64,000 nt of DNA from Candidatus Eremiobacteria bacterium (GTDB lineage Bacteria > Vulcanimicrobiota > Vulcanimicrobiia > Vulcanimicrobiales > Vulcanimicrobiaceae). Every line of letters starts with the position of its first letter. The first letter of the stretch is position 1. The DNA lies in NCBI GenBank assembly GCA_963737065.1, contig CAVTRC010000002.1, forward strand, positions 288,001-352,000. Reading direction: 5' to 3'. Under the pieces are notes generated by a model. It searched no databases. It was not told the DNA's origin and was given only the letters and a program-made list of their open reading frames with translations. Shown here piece by piece: positions 50,957 through 61,553 of the stretch. The position numbers and the translations under genes were made by a program.

Positions 50957-52081
50957 GTGGACGGGCGCGAGCTGAGCTGGCCGTTCTTCGACGACGAACA
51001 CCGCGCGCTCGCGCACGATGTAGACGCATGGCTTTCGCGCCTGCGGCTTGCCGAGAACGAAGCGGACCCCGACGGTGCCGTGCGCGCGTGGGTTCGTGCG
51101 CTCGCCGAGGGCGGTTGGCTTCGCGCGTGTACGAAGCTCGACGTACGGACGCTGTGTCTGATTCGCGAACGTCTTGCATACCGCTCCGCGCTTGCCGATT
51201 TCGCGTTTGCCATGCAGGGCTTGGGTAGCGCAACGATTTCTGTTTACGGCGATGACGATTTGCGGCGTCGATTTTTGCCGGGCGTCGTAGCGGGAACGTG
51301 CATCGCCGCGTTCGCTCTCTCTGAACGTGAGGCGGGCTCAGACGTCGGTGCGATTGCGACGCGCGCGAAACGCGACGGCGACCGCTATGTGATTGACGGC
51401 GAAAAGACGTGGATTTCCAACGGCGGAATCGCGGACTTCTACGTCGTCTTTGCGCGCACGAGCGATACCGGTTCGAAAGGCTTGAGCGCGTTTGCGGTCG
51501 ACGCCGCTACGCCGGGGTTGAACGTCGTCGAACGCATCGATACGATGTCGCCGCACCCGCTCGGCACGCTGGCGTTGACACGCATGGAGATTCCGGCTGC
51601 GCGGCGGATCGGCGCGGAGGGAGACGGGTTCAAGATCGCAATGGCGACCCTCGACACGTTTCGCAGCACCGTCGGTGCAGCGGCGCTCGGCTTCGCTCGC
51701 CGCGCGTTCGATGAGACGTGTGCTCACGTGCGCTCGCGTCAACTCTTTGGTGCGCCGCTTTCCGCACTGCAACTGACCCAGGGTGCAATTGCGGACATGG
51801 CGCTTGACATCGATGCTTCCGCGTTACTCGTGTATCGAGCGGCATGGACGAAGGACGCCGGCGCGCAGCGGGTCACCCGTGAAGCTGCAATGGCCAAGCT
51901 CTTCGCAACCGAAGCAGCCGGACGTGTTTGCGATCGCGCCGTGCAGCTCTTCGGTGGGCGCGGCGTGACACGGGGCGAAATCGTGGAACGCTTATATCGC
52001 GACGTGCGCGCCTTGCGAATTTACGAAGGTGCGAGCGAGATTCAAAAAGTCGTGATTGCGCGCGCTAGCATGGAGCAGTAG
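50957..52081 (+). CDS. Acyl-CoA dehydrogenase
   Basis: [29 protein letters not shown]. Confidence 0.94.
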   Translation: MDGRELSWPFFDDEHRALAHDVDAWLSRLRLAENEADPDGAVRAWVRALAEGGWLRACTKLDVRTLCLIRERLAYRSALADFAFAMQGLGSATISVYGDDDLRRRFLPGVVAGTCIAAFALSEREAGSDVGAIATRAKRDGDRYVIDGEKTWISNGGIADFYVVFARTSDTGSKGLSAFAVDAATPGLNVVERIDTMSPHPLGTLALTRMEIPAARRIGAEGDGFKIAMATLDTFRSTVGAAALGFARRAFDETCAHVRSRQLFGAPLSALQLTQGAIADMALDIDASALLVYRAAWTKDAGAQRVTREAAMAKLFATEAAGRVCDRAVQLFGGRGVTRGEIVERLYRDVRALRIYEGASEIQKVVIARASMEQ

Positions 52082-53707
52082 ATGCGTTTCACCGGTCACG
52101 TCGACCGCTTCGCGGAAGAACACTTGCCGGCGGCTAACCGGATGCCGGAAATCGTGCTCGATCCAGGCGGGCTCCGTTACCCGGATGCGATGAACGCGGC
52201 CGAATACTTTTTGGACCGGCACGTCGACGAACGGCGGGGAGAACGCCGCGCGCTCGTCGTCCCCGGCGGAAGCGATTGGACGTATCGCGATCTGCAACGC
52301 GCTGCGAATCGGATCGCGAACGTCCTCGGCGAGGACCTCGGCGTCGTCTCCGGCGATCGCGTGTTGCTGCGCGCGCCGAATTGCCCGATGCTCGCCGCAT
52401 GCTGGCTCGCGGTGCTCAAGGTGGGCGCGATCGCCGTTACGACCATGCCGCTCTATCGCTCCGCCGAGCTGCGCTACATGATCGAGAAAGCGGCCGTTAC
52501 GGTCGCGTTGTGCGACGGGGCCATATCCGGCGAGCTGGAACTTGCGTGTGCCGGACGCGACGGCGTCGCGATCTGTTCGTTCAATACGGACGACGCGCAG
52601 AGTTTGGAGGGGCGCATGGAGCGCAAATCCGATCGGTTCGTCAACGCGCAGACGGCCGCGGAAGACGTTGCCGTCATCGCGTTCACGTCCGGTACCACGG
52701 GCACGCCCAAAGCCGCAATGCATTATCATCGCGATCTCGTCGCGACGTGCGACACGTACGGCAAGCATGTGCTGCAGCCGAAGCCTGACGACGTGTTCTG
52801 CGGAAGCCCACCGGTGGCGTTCACATTCGGACTCGGCGGTTTGCTGCTCTTTCCACTGTACGCCGGCGCCGCGACGCTGCTCGTGGAAAAGGCGACGCCT
52901 GAAGAATTGTTGCGCGCGATCGATGCATCCGGCGTCACGACGATCTTCACCGCGCCGATCGCGTATCGGACGATGCTCGGATCCATCGATCGGTACGACG
53001 TTTCTTCACTGCACACGTGCGTCTCCGCCGGCGAGACGCTGCCGAAAACCGTGTTCGACGCCTGGTACGAGCGCACGCGCTTGAAAATTCTCGACGGCAT
53101 CGGCAGCACGGAGATGCTGCACATTTTTATCGGCAGTCCGCAAGACGGCGCGCGTTCGGGTTCGACCGGCCAAGCCGTGCACGGATACATCGCGGAAATT
53201 CATGACGACGACGGCATGGCATTGCCGCCCGGAGAGGTGGGAAGACTCGCGGTCAAAGGCCCGACGGGATGCAAATATCTTGATGACGAGCGGCAATCGA
53301 CGTACGTACAGCGCGGCTGGAACTACCCGGGCGACGCATACCGCATGGACGAAGGCGGTTACTATTATTACGTCGCGCGGACGGACGACATGATCGTTTC
53401 CGCCGGCTATAATGTTTCCGGACCGGAAGTGGAGCAAGCGCTGCTCATGCACGAACACGTGCGCGAAGTCGCCGTCGTAGCGAAGCCCGATCCTACGCAC
53501 GATACGCATATCGTCAAGGCGTACGTCGTCATGACGGACGAGCGACATCATACGCCGCAAAAGATCGAGGAGTTGCGGGAACATGTCAAACGCGTGATCG
53601 CGCCGTTCAAGGCGCCGCGCGAAATAGAGTTCGTTTGCGAACTTCCGCGCACGGAAACCGGTAAAGTGCAGCGTTATAAGTTGAGGCAGCGTGCGTCTGC
53701 CGAATAG
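52082..53707 (+). CDS. Benzoate/2-aminobenzoate-CoA ligase
   Basis: FTSGTTGTPK, SAGE, DGIGSTEMLHIF, TGKVQR; gene context. Confidence 0.9.
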   Translation: MRFTGHVDRFAEEHLPAANRMPEIVLDPGGLRYPDAMNAAEYFLDRHVDERRGERRALVVPGGSDWTYRDLQRAANRIANVLGEDLGVVSGDRVLLRAPNCPMLAACWLAVLKVGAIAVTTMPLYRSAELRYMIEKAAVTVALCDGAISGELELACAGRDGVAICSFNTDDAQSLEGRMERKSDRFVNAQTAAEDVAVIAFTSGTTGTPKAAMHYHRDLVATCDTYGKHVLQPKPDDVFCGSPPVAFTFGLGGLLLFPLYAGAATLLVEKATPEELLRAIDASGVTTIFTAPIAYRTMLGSIDRYDVSSLHTCVSAGETLPKTVFDAWYERTRLKILDGIGSTEMLHIFIGSPQDGARSGSTGQAVHGYIAEIHDDDGMALPPGEVGRLAVKGPTGCKYLDDERQSTYVQRGWNYPGDAYRMDEGGYYYYVARTDDMIVSAGYNVSGPEVEQALLMHEHVREVAVVAKPDPTHDTHIVKAYVVMTDERHHTPQKIEELREHVKRVIAPFKAPREIEFVCELPRTETGKVQRYKLRQRASAE

Positions 53708-54401
53708 CCGCGCGCTGCTCATCGTTGTTGCCGTTGGTTTTGCCTTCGCGATTGAGCGGTCACCGCTTATCGGATGGACGGGCTGCGCATTATCGATCGG
53801 CGCGTTGCTCGTCGCCACGTCGTGGATGCGGCTCTTTCCTGACGCCGCTCGGCGGCGCTGGCTTTCACGCGCATCGAACTCGCCGATCGTGCTGCAGGCG
53901 CCCTTCGAGGACCGCTGGTACGTGGCTGCGGGCGGGCCGGACCCGCGTCACAATCACCACGCAGCGCTCAGCGACCAGTGTTTTGCATACGACTTTCTGC
54001 GCGAATCCGGCGAAGCGTGGGATCAGCCGATCCTTGCACCCTGCGACGGACTGATCGTTCACGTTGAAGGCCGGCAAGACGACGCGCTGCCGAATCGAGC
54101 GCTTCGGCACCGCCGGCTCCCGTTTGGAAATTATGTGTCGATTCAAACGCCGCGCGGCTACGTTATTCTTGCGCACCTGAAAGAGGGCTCAATCACCGTG
54201 CGTCCCGGTGATACGGTGCGCGCCGGTACGCCGGTCGCCCGTTGTGGCAATTCGTGCGACACGCGCGATGCGCACCTGCATCTCCACGCCCAAGACCGGC
54301 CGAGTCGAAACGTCGACGTCGCAAACGGTATCCCGGTCGCGTTCACCGACCGCCTGCGCAGCGAACCGTTGTTACTCGAATTCGGAGACTGCCTGGGATA
54401 A
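53691..54401 (+). CDS. Membrane-anchored M23 peptidase family protein
   Basis: GNYV, LAHLK, CGNS, HLH. Confidence 0.8.
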   Translation: MRLPNSRALLIVVAVGFAFAIERSPLIGWTGCALSIGALLVATSWMRLFPDAARRRWLSRASNSPIVLQAPFEDRWYVAAGGPDPRHNHHAALSDQCFAYDFLRESGEAWDQPILAPCDGLIVHVEGRQDDALPNRALRHRRLPFGNYVSIQTPRGYVILAHLKEGSITVRPGDTVRAGTPVARCGNSCDTRDAHLHLHAQDRPSRNVDVANGIPVAFTDRLRSEPLLLEFGDCLG

Positions 54402-54416
54402 CGAAAGGAAGCCGCC

Positions 54417-55139
54417 ATGCGCATTCGCTCCATCCGTCGTGAAATGCGTCTCTTACGTATCTATGCGGTCGTCAGCACCCTCTTCGCTGCGGTTGCACTT
54501 CTCGGTGCCGCCGCGGCCGTGCGGGAGGTGAGCTTCGATACGTTGACCGTTCATCGAATCAACATCATGGATCGTGAAGGCAAGCTTGCGATGGTGATCG
54601 CGAGCCATGATGACGCGCCTGCGCCTATTGTTCACGGATATCGGGTAACGCGCCAGCAAGGCAACAACACCGATAACGGCATCATTCTTTTCAATAACCT
54701 CGGAGACGAACAAGGTGGACTCAGTTGGCATGCCTCCGCCGACCGTTCGCAATCCGGCGACTACCTCTCGTTCGATACCGCCAACACCGATCAACTCATT
54801 CACGTTGAAGACGGTGACGAAAATGGCCGCCACTACGCGCAGATCGTCGGGTGGGACCGGGCGCCCAATGCAGCGACGTTGTTGCTGCCGCTGATACGAC
54901 AACTGGGTGCCGCAAAAACGGCGGATGAACGGGCCGCCGTTCGTAAGCGCATGTACGGCTTAGGAATCCGAGCGCCGGAACGATTCCGCCTTGGATACGG
55001 ACGAGACGGTGACGCCGTACTTGTCCTTTCCGACAAATCAGCGACGCCGCGCATCAAGCTTTTCGTCACGCCGAGCGGCGACGCGAAACTACAATTCCTC
55101 GATGCCGCGGGTCGCGTCACCGCGCAATATCCGAAGTAA
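54417..55139 (+). CDS. Hypothetical protein with N-terminal membrane anchor
   Basis: AAGGA RBS; one TM segment; beta-rich C-terminus (LQFLDAAGRV). Confidence 0.65.
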   Translation: MRIRSIRREMRLLRIYAVVSTLFAAVALLGAAAAVREVSFDTLTVHRINIMDREGKLAMVIASHDDAPAPIVHGYRVTRQQGNNTDNGIILFNNLGDEQGGLSWHASADRSQSGDYLSFDTANTDQLIHVEDGDENGRHYAQIVGWDRAPNAATLLLPLIRQLGAAKTADERAAVRKRMYGLGIRAPERFRLGYGRDGDAVLVLSDKSATPRIKLFVTPSGDAKLQFLDAAGRVTAQYPK

Positions 55140-55170
55140 CCGCGGATATCGAGGACCGCTCGGACAATCG

Positions 55171-56178
55171 TTATAGACGTGCTTGAACGTCGCTGAAGAA
55201 CGCCGGCCACTTCGTGCAGGGCGCGAGATCCTCGCCGCCATACCACCAGAACCCCGCGCGCGTATACTGCGCAATATCCGGAAAGTGCAACGTTTGGTAA
55301 TAGTTGAAGATGCCTTCCGCCTTTGCAAGGGTTGACGGCTTGATCGGATTGTCCATCCCGATCTCGCCAAAACCGACCTTGGCATTCGGAAAGTCCGTTG
55401 CAAGCTTCTTGAAGATCGCATCCCACTGCGCCGGCGTTGGACGAATGTTGTCGTTGTCGGTCTCGTAATACGAAACGAGTACGTACTTTAGTCCCTGATG
55501 CATCGTCGCGGGAATATACCGTTCTTCCCACGGGATCATGTCGTAGCCTGGAGTAACCGTTTGGGATGGTTCGTAGTAGAGCGTCAATGCCGTCGCGCCG
55601 CCGGCCGCGGTTACGGCGTCGTACATCGCTTCGACCTTCGACATCACGTCGTCTGCCTGCGCGCTGCACTCGTCGCCACCCGAACACGTTACCCTACTTA
55701 GCCATTCGCCGTTGACTTCGTTACCGATCTCCCAGATGTCGACGCTGCTCTTGAGCGTTGAGACGTAACTCGATGTGCGCGATCTTACCCTCGCGAGCGT
55801 ATACCGCGGCATCTCCGAACTATCGATCAGTTGACCCATCGTGTGTCCGTATTGATGGAACGCTTCCATGGCCGACCTATAGCATGAGGCGGAGCCCGGA
55901 TCGAAGACGACGCGGACGGTCGGGTCGTTCAGTGCCTTCTCGGCCGTAAGCTCCGAGGACGTGGCGCCGCAGTCGTTCGAAACATTATCGAACGTAATGC
56001 CCCGCAGGTTCGAACCAACTGGAGCTAACGTCGCCGAAGCCCGCGGCGACGCGTACGATACGACGTTCGAGCGCTCCGATGCGCCGGACATTCTATCGCC
56101 CGGCGACAATGGAACGGTCCCCGACGAGCACGCAGCAAATACAAGAACAGCCGGAACGGCTGCCACCAATCGTTTCAT
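55171..56178 (-). CDS. Lipoprotein, putative GH-A clan glycoside hydrolase
   Basis: Lipobox FAAC; WEIGNEVN acid/base-like and GFGEIG nucleophile-like motifs. Confidence 0.7.
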   Translation of the reverse strand: MKRLVAAVPAVLVFAACSSGTVPLSPGDRMSGASERSNVVSYASPRASATLAPVGSNLRGITFDNVSNDCGATSSELTAEKALNDPTVRVVFDPGSASCYRSAMEAFHQYGHTMGQLIDSSEMPRYTLARVRSRTSSYVSTLKSSVDIWEIGNEVNGEWLSRVTCSGGDECSAQADDVMSKVEAMYDAVTAAGGATALTLYYEPSQTVTPGYDMIPWEERYIPATMHQGLKYVLVSYYETDNDNIRPTPAQWDAIFKKLATDFPNAKVGFGEIGMDNPIKPSTLAKAEGIFNYYQTLHFPDIAQYTRAGFWWYGGEDLAPCTKWPAFFSDVQARL

Positions 56179-56363
56179 TCGAAATTTTCCTAGTGGCGCG
56201 CAATGCGCCGGACTATCTATCCAAGAGCAGACGGAGATGCGAGATCTCGAATTGGAGAGCGGCTGTAGTGCGTTGCTCGGCGGAATCGCTTCCGCGCGTG
56301 AAGCAGAAGTCATGTCCCGAAAGTGCAAAGTTTTTCATACACTTTAGCGCCGGGAATGAAAAG

Positions 56364-56391
56364 AAAAAGCCGCCCCGCGGGGCGGCTTTTT
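56364..56391 (-). terminator. Intrinsic terminator after the DUF2334 gene
   Basis: AAAAAGCCGCCC-CGCG-GGGCGGCTTTTT palindrome with a long T tract on the minus strand. Confidence 0.88.
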
Positions 56392-56438
56392 GATAACGGC
56401 GGCGATCCGTTCGACGAACGGCGGATTTTACAAATTCT

Positions 56439-58313
56439 TCACAACGAGGATGGACTGACGAAGGTGTAGCCCAAGGCTTGGATTCCGTTGATCGTCTGTT
56501 GGAGCGGCGCCCATCCGTATGTCGGATCGTAGAAGAAGCTTGCGAAGCCATCGCGCACTGCAAGATTGAGTTGCGCTTCGTTGATGATATTCGCGGGTAA
56601 CCGGATCGGATTATTATTGAGTGAGACCGGCTCGTAATCGCCCAGATTCTCAGGCACGACCTTCGTACCGTAGACGTCTTGAACGACGTACGGAAAGAAC
56701 TGCCCGATATATGAGAGATGGTTGACCGGTTGTCCGGAGATGACGCCGTTGAAGTAGATCGATCGCTCGTACCGTTCCGGATAGACCGTCGCGATCGCGC
56801 GATAGTCGATGTCGGTCGCAAAATAATGCGGGGTCACCCACAACGAGGGTTTCGGAAAACCAACCGTTTGGAACGCCGCCGCCGCGCTGCGCACGCGGTT
56901 TAGCGTCCACGCGGTCGAGTCTTCCGCCACGGGTCCATCCCAGATCACGTTGTTCGTCGTACCGTCGACATGCACCCTAAAGAACTCGGCGTCGTCGCCG
57001 CTAGCGCCGGTATAGGGATTCTTCACGTTGCTGTACTGATGCGTCCAGCCCTCGTCGATCATCGTACCGCCGTGCGTCGTCATATATCTGAGAACCGCGT
57101 CGAAGCTGAACGCCGCAAAGAGCGGAATCGTCCGCGGAACGCCGTTGTTGTACGCGCCGAGCGGGTCCTTATACAACGGAATGACGTTGAAGCCGTACGG
57201 GATGTGCATATTGTAGAGCTTCTGCGCGATCGACAACAGTTGCGAGGCATTATCCGTCGCGTTGAGGTCCTCCAGACGAACCATCGCGCGGTGACGCGGC
57301 GTCGTCGCCGGCGCGAGCGCATCGAAAAGCATATCCTCAAATGCAATGACGCGATCCGTTTCGTTCACGAACGAGAACGGGATCTCGCCGACGTACGTTA
57401 GGTTGCCCGAACGAAGCGCCCATGGGAACATCGTCGACGGCGACGTGCTCGTATCGACCGCAGTTGCGAGCGTCGTGACGGCGGGATACCCGCCGCCTAA
57501 AATCAGCGGGTGCAAAACGCCGCCGTCATCGGCTGTCGGAACCGAGCGCGTCAGCGTCTGACCGTTGTAGACGACGTTTGTCACGTCTCCGACGCTTCCG
57601 TTCGGAGCGAAAAACGAATTTGTCGGATCCCAACCGTACTCGGTATCGAAGTTCAACGTCCCCATCTCATCGGCCATATACCAAATGTTGTCGCCGATCC
57701 AAATGACGGGCGTTGCCGCGCCCGCAACGTCACTGTAAAACGCAGCCGGGATTCCCGTCGCGTCGGCATAGTACGTCGATCCGACGTAAATCGCCGCGCT
57801 GTACTGTCCCATCTGTCCGCTCGTGTACGATCCAATCGGCTCCGTCGTCACGTTTCCGAAGTGGCCGGCTAGGTTTGCGATCGCCATGCCGTACAGCTCG
57901 CCGAGAAAGGCGAATGGTCCGGTATTGTCATAGAGCACGAGCGCCGTTGCGCTTCCTAACGCCGCTGCACGGGTTTGCCCGCGATCTGCAGTTGAGATTG
58001 CGCGGACACGAAACGCGGGTCCCGGCTGTGAAGCTGGCACGGGCTTCGAAGGTTTTTGGCGATGCGCGCGTCCCACATCGGCCGCGCGCTGTGCCGCTGC
58101 CCAGCCGCCGAGCGACGTTGAACGCAGTCCGTCATGAATAGACGATGCGACATGCCGCGGTAATGACCGCGTCAGCCCGCCTGCAAGGGGTGCTCCGCTT
58201 GTCGCCGGCGTCGTTCCCGACGTCGAGCCGCCGCCGCAATTCGCTAATATGACGATCGTTCCGCTCAAAACGCAGAGCCGAACGACGCATGTGAATGAGC
58301 GCAAATGACTCAT
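56439..58313 (-). CDS. DUF2334 polysaccharide-deacetylase-like lipoprotein
   Basis: Lipobox-like LANC; VRLEDL, EGWTHQY, DDAEF, TPHY, ASFFY. Confidence 0.78.
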   Translation of the reverse strand: MSHLRSFTCVVRLCVLSGTIVILANCGGGSTSGTTPATSGAPLAGGLTRSLPRHVASSIHDGLRSTSLGGWAAAQRAADVGRAHRQKPSKPVPASQPGPAFRVRAISTADRGQTRAAALGSATALVLYDNTGPFAFLGELYGMAIANLAGHFGNVTTEPIGSYTSGQMGQYSAAIYVGSTYYADATGIPAAFYSDVAGAATPVIWIGDNIWYMADEMGTLNFDTEYGWDPTNSFFAPNGSVGDVTNVVYNGQTLTRSVPTADDGGVLHPLILGGGYPAVTTLATAVDTSTSPSTMFPWALRSGNLTYVGEIPFSFVNETDRVIAFEDMLFDALAPATTPRHRAMVRLEDLNATDNASQLLSIAQKLYNMHIPYGFNVIPLYKDPLGAYNNGVPRTIPLFAAFSFDAVLRYMTTHGGTMIDEGWTHQYSNVKNPYTGASGDDAEFFRVHVDGTTNNVIWDGPVAEDSTAWTLNRVRSAAAAFQTVGFPKPSLWVTPHYFATDIDYRAIATVYPERYERSIYFNGVISGQPVNHLSYIGQFFPYVVQDVYGTKVVPENLGDYEPVSLNNNPIRLPANIINEAQLNLAVRDGFASFFYDPTYGWAPLQQTINGIQALGYTFVSPSSL

Positions 58314-58503
58314 TTTGTCCCACCATTGGTCGCGTGTAGGCTTTGATTCTCCCACCAACGACCACACAAGAACATCACCCAACAATCGGTGAGTCGTTAT
58401 AGCCGTATACGCGTGACGAAAGTCCCACCCCAAAAACGGGTTTCAAGTTGGGGGTAAACGGTGGCACACTAAAGCTACAAACGATACAGCGGGACGAAAT
58501 ACT

Positions 58504-60327
58504 ATGCGTTCGCTCATCACATGCTGTCTCGTCGTTATTTTCGCAGCGCTACTTACTCGCACGCCCGCGAACGCTTCCGAAGAAACGACTGTCTCCTTCG
58601 CGGATCTCGGCTACCTCCACGGTACGACGACATATGGGCCGAACCCGCATGTCGCGCTGCGTCTTCCGCTTTATCCCGGAACGCGAGACGCAGAATTGAT
58701 CGCGAACGTCACGCTTTCACCGATTGCGGACGCGCGGTCGACGGTCGTGCTGACCATCGATGGGCATCCCGTCGCGTCGAGGACCGAGGGCCAGCTCCGG
58801 AACGACCCGACGTTGACGGCAGATTTGCCGTTGGCTTCCGTTCATAAACGGTTCATCGATGTTGCAATCGACGCGTACATGTCAAACGGCGGCACGGTTT
58901 GCACCGGCCCCGACCCGCACGCCATGTGGTTACGTATCGATCCGACCTCGATGCTGAAATTTACGCGCGATCCGCAGCCGGCGACTGTGGCCACATTCTT
59001 TGACGATTATCGTGGGCGCTTCGACGTTTCGGTGGCCGGTAACGCATTGCCGAGTACACGTGCGCTCGGCATCACGATGGCGTACTGGTTGCATCAGATC
59101 AATCGATGGCGCTATGTTACGGCGCACTTCGGTACGCGCGACTCCGCTCCGCATAAGACGATCGTTGTCGGCGATTTCCTCGATGCGCTTTCCGTTTCGG
59201 GCGATACACTTCGAGTGTCGCCCGCGGGAATCCAATTGCTGGCGGCGCGAGCGAGCGATCTGATGATTTCCTCGAACGCTAAAATCGGCACGTTGACGCA
59301 ATATCCGCAAGAGTTCCATCACATCAGCTTTCAGGATATGGGCGTGCCCACGGAGTCGATTTACGACGCCGGTCTGTATGACGTGCCAATTCGATTCACG
59401 CTCGGCGAGATCGGCGGAATGCCGAACGATTTGCATTTCATCATGGACTTGACGCACTCGTCCTTCCCGAGTCAAGACCGCGCCAGCGTGGATTTGACGC
59501 TCAACGGATTCGTGGTGAATTCCTTTCCGCTCGATCCGAAGGCGCGTGAAGAGAGCTTCGACGCGCCGATCGACGACCGTTTCATTCGCGCGAGCAACGA
59601 CGTTCGCGTAACGGTGAACTACCTTCCCGGACGCCAGACGTGCGAGTCCGGACGCCCCGGGTTGCTGCTCACGATGATGCCGGATAGCGGTCTGCAGTGG
59701 CGGGCCGTGCAGCATACCGCGCCGTCGATAAGCGATTTCTTCAACAACGCGTCAGGCCGTGTCGTCGTTCTTTACACCGACGGCCACGCGCTCGCGGCAG
59801 CGTCCGATCTGCTCGACCGGATCGGCTCTATGAACGACAGCATCGCGTGGATCGACGTGCGCCCGTACACCGGGACGATCCCGGATGGCTATGACTATGC
59901 GGTCGTCGTGGGCGCTCGTTCGCGCCCCGGCAGCTATTCGTCGTACATCGACCCGTCCAAGCAGACGTTCGCATTGCGTACGTTGACCAACCGCGTCGTG
60001 TTTCGCGCGCAGTTGAACGAGTCGTACGGCGTGCTCGAAACGATCGACGCAAACAAAACACCGACACTGCTTTTCACATACATCGGCAATCCCAATATCA
60101 TGAACGGCCTTGCCGCCATCGACCGGGAAGAGCTCGCCGAAGCGCAGGCCGACGTCTTCGTGTACAGCCGCAGCGGCGTTGCGTTTAGTGCTCACGACTA
60201 CATCGTCGCATTACACACCAACCCCGCGGACAACCGGCTTGCCATCCTGCCCGTGCTGCCGTTCTTTGGACTGATCTCTGTCGTTGCATTGACGTGGGTT
60301 TCGATGCGAGCGAGGAAAGCGTCATGA
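58504..60327 (+). CDS. BcsB-like periplasmic polysaccharide co-polymerase
   Basis: Signal peptide; two-fold repeat (VSFADLG...WLRIDPTS / ISFQDMG...MMPDS); single C-terminal TM anchor. Confidence 0.7.
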   Translation: MRSLITCCLVVIFAALLTRTPANASEETTVSFADLGYLHGTTTYGPNPHVALRLPLYPGTRDAELIANVTLSPIADARSTVVLTIDGHPVASRTEGQLRNDPTLTADLPLASVHKRFIDVAIDAYMSNGGTVCTGPDPHAMWLRIDPTSMLKFTRDPQPATVATFFDDYRGRFDVSVAGNALPSTRALGITMAYWLHQINRWRYVTAHFGTRDSAPHKTIVVGDFLDALSVSGDTLRVSPAGIQLLAARASDLMISSNAKIGTLTQYPQEFHHISFQDMGVPTESIYDAGLYDVPIRFTLGEIGGMPNDLHFIMDLTHSSFPSQDRASVDLTLNGFVVNSFPLDPKAREESFDAPIDDRFIRASNDVRVTVNYLPGRQTCESGRPGLLLTMMPDSGLQWRAVQHTAPSISDFFNNASGRVVVLYTDGHALAAASDLLDRIGSMNDSIAWIDVRPYTGTIPDGYDYAVVVGARSRPGSYSSYIDPSKQTFALRTLTNRVVFRAQLNESYGVLETIDANKTPTLLFTYIGNPNIMNGLAAIDREELAEAQADVFVYSRSGVAFSAHDYIVALHTNPADNRLAILPVLPFFGLISVVALTWVSMRARKAS

Positions 60328-61553
60328 TGTACACACTCGCTGCGATCGTTGCACCCGTTGATGGCGATCGAGCGCTCAAAGACCGTTTCTACGCCGCGAT
60401 GCGCGCGCGGCGGTTTCATGCAGCGCTCGACGTCGGGCGCGCATACGTGGAAAAGCACCCCGGCGACGCGCGGTTTGCACTGGACGTCGCATATGCGGCG
60501 ATCGCCGCAGGAGAGACGCAAGAGTCGATTGCGATGCTGCGTCAATTGTCGAGCTCTCCCAATGCGATGGTCGCCGGCACGTCGCAGAAACAACTGCTCG
60601 CGATGACGCAAACGGCGCCGCTCGTTTCGCCGCCGGCCTCGGCAAAGCAGCAGTTCTACGACGCGATAAGGCTACGTCGCTACCGCGCGGCGCTTTCGGA
60701 CGCCGAAACCTATCTTGCCGAACATCCCACCGATGACGCGTTTCGGCTCGACGCCGCATACGCGGCGCACAACGCCGGTGACGAAGAAACGGCTCGTGCG
60801 GACTTGCAATACTTATCGAAGTCGAGCGATCCGCGAATCTCCGCGGAAGCGACCAAACAACTGGCGCTCATTACGCCTGCGGCCGCAGGACGGGGTTATC
60901 TGTACTTCAGCGCCGACAACGAGGCACGGTTTTCGGACGTGTTCAACAGCATCAACCTCCGCTACGATCTCGGGCGCTCGCAGGTCCGTCCGTTTGCCTC
61001 ACTCGATGTCAGCTACGACACGCGTTCGGGCGTTCCCGGAATTTCACCGGTGTACAACGACAATTCGGCAGTCGTCGCGCTCGGTCTGCGGACGCCGTTC
61101 GGGCGGCTTCAGTACGGATATGTATACGCATCCGCGGGCGAGAGCATCGGATTGCGGGGAGAGCCGTCGTTCGGTGACGCGCGGTACGGTGCGGCGTATT
61201 CGCGCGACTATGGATCGATGTACCGTCCGCAACCGCACACGCAATTGTATGGGGACATTAGCGTTTACTCGCGGTATCAGGGCGACGCAATCGGGTATTT
61301 TCAGGCATCGCACGATTCGCCGATTGCGACGAGGATACGCGCAATCGGGGGCGTTTCGCTTGCGCTTGACAATCACCGCGTGTACTACAATAACTTCGCG
61401 GAAGCGTACGCGGGGATCGCGGTGCCCTTTGGGACGACGAGCCTTCGGATAGAAGGCGTAGCGGGTGAGTATTTGCCGCGAGGGATCGGCCTTCAGCGGC
61501 CATTCTATTCGACGCTGCGCGTCTTGCTCGTCTCCGGCCAATCGATTCGATGA
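60324..61553 (+). CDS. TPR plus beta-barrel outer-membrane export protein (NfrA-like role)
   Basis: Two near-duplicate TPR units (K..FY.A.R.RR..AAL....Y...HP.D..F.LD.AYAA) then Tyr/Gly-rich amphipathic strands. Confidence 0.7.
   Translation: MMYTLAAIVAPVDGDRALKDRFYAAMRARRFHAALDVGRAYVEKHPGDARFALDVAYAAIAAGETQESIAMLRQLSSSPNAMVAGTSQKQLLAMTQTAPLVSPPASAKQQFYDAIRLRRYRAALSDAETYLAEHPTDDAFRLDAAYAAHNAGDEETARADLQYLSKSSDPRISAEATKQLALITPAAAGRGYLYFSADNEARFSDVFNSINLRYDLGRSQVRPFASLDVSYDTRSGVPGISPVYNDNSAVVALGLRTPFGRLQYGYVYASAGESIGLRGEPSFGDARYGAAYSRDYGSMYRPQPHTQLYGDISVYSRYQGDAIGYFQASHDSPIATRIRAIGGVSLALDNHRVYYNNFAEAYAGIAVPFGTTSLRIEGVAGEYLPRGIGLQRPFYSTLRVLLVSGQSIR

Noticed and set aside
58461..58476. TGGCAC...GC resembling a sigma54 promoter
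   Set aside because: GG-to-GC spacing is 9 nt, not the required 10
58413..58500. GACGAAA/GTCCC-GGGAC pattern suggesting a hammerhead ribozyme or c-di-GMP riboswitch
   Set aside because: CUGANGA core and the riboswitch consensus motifs are absent
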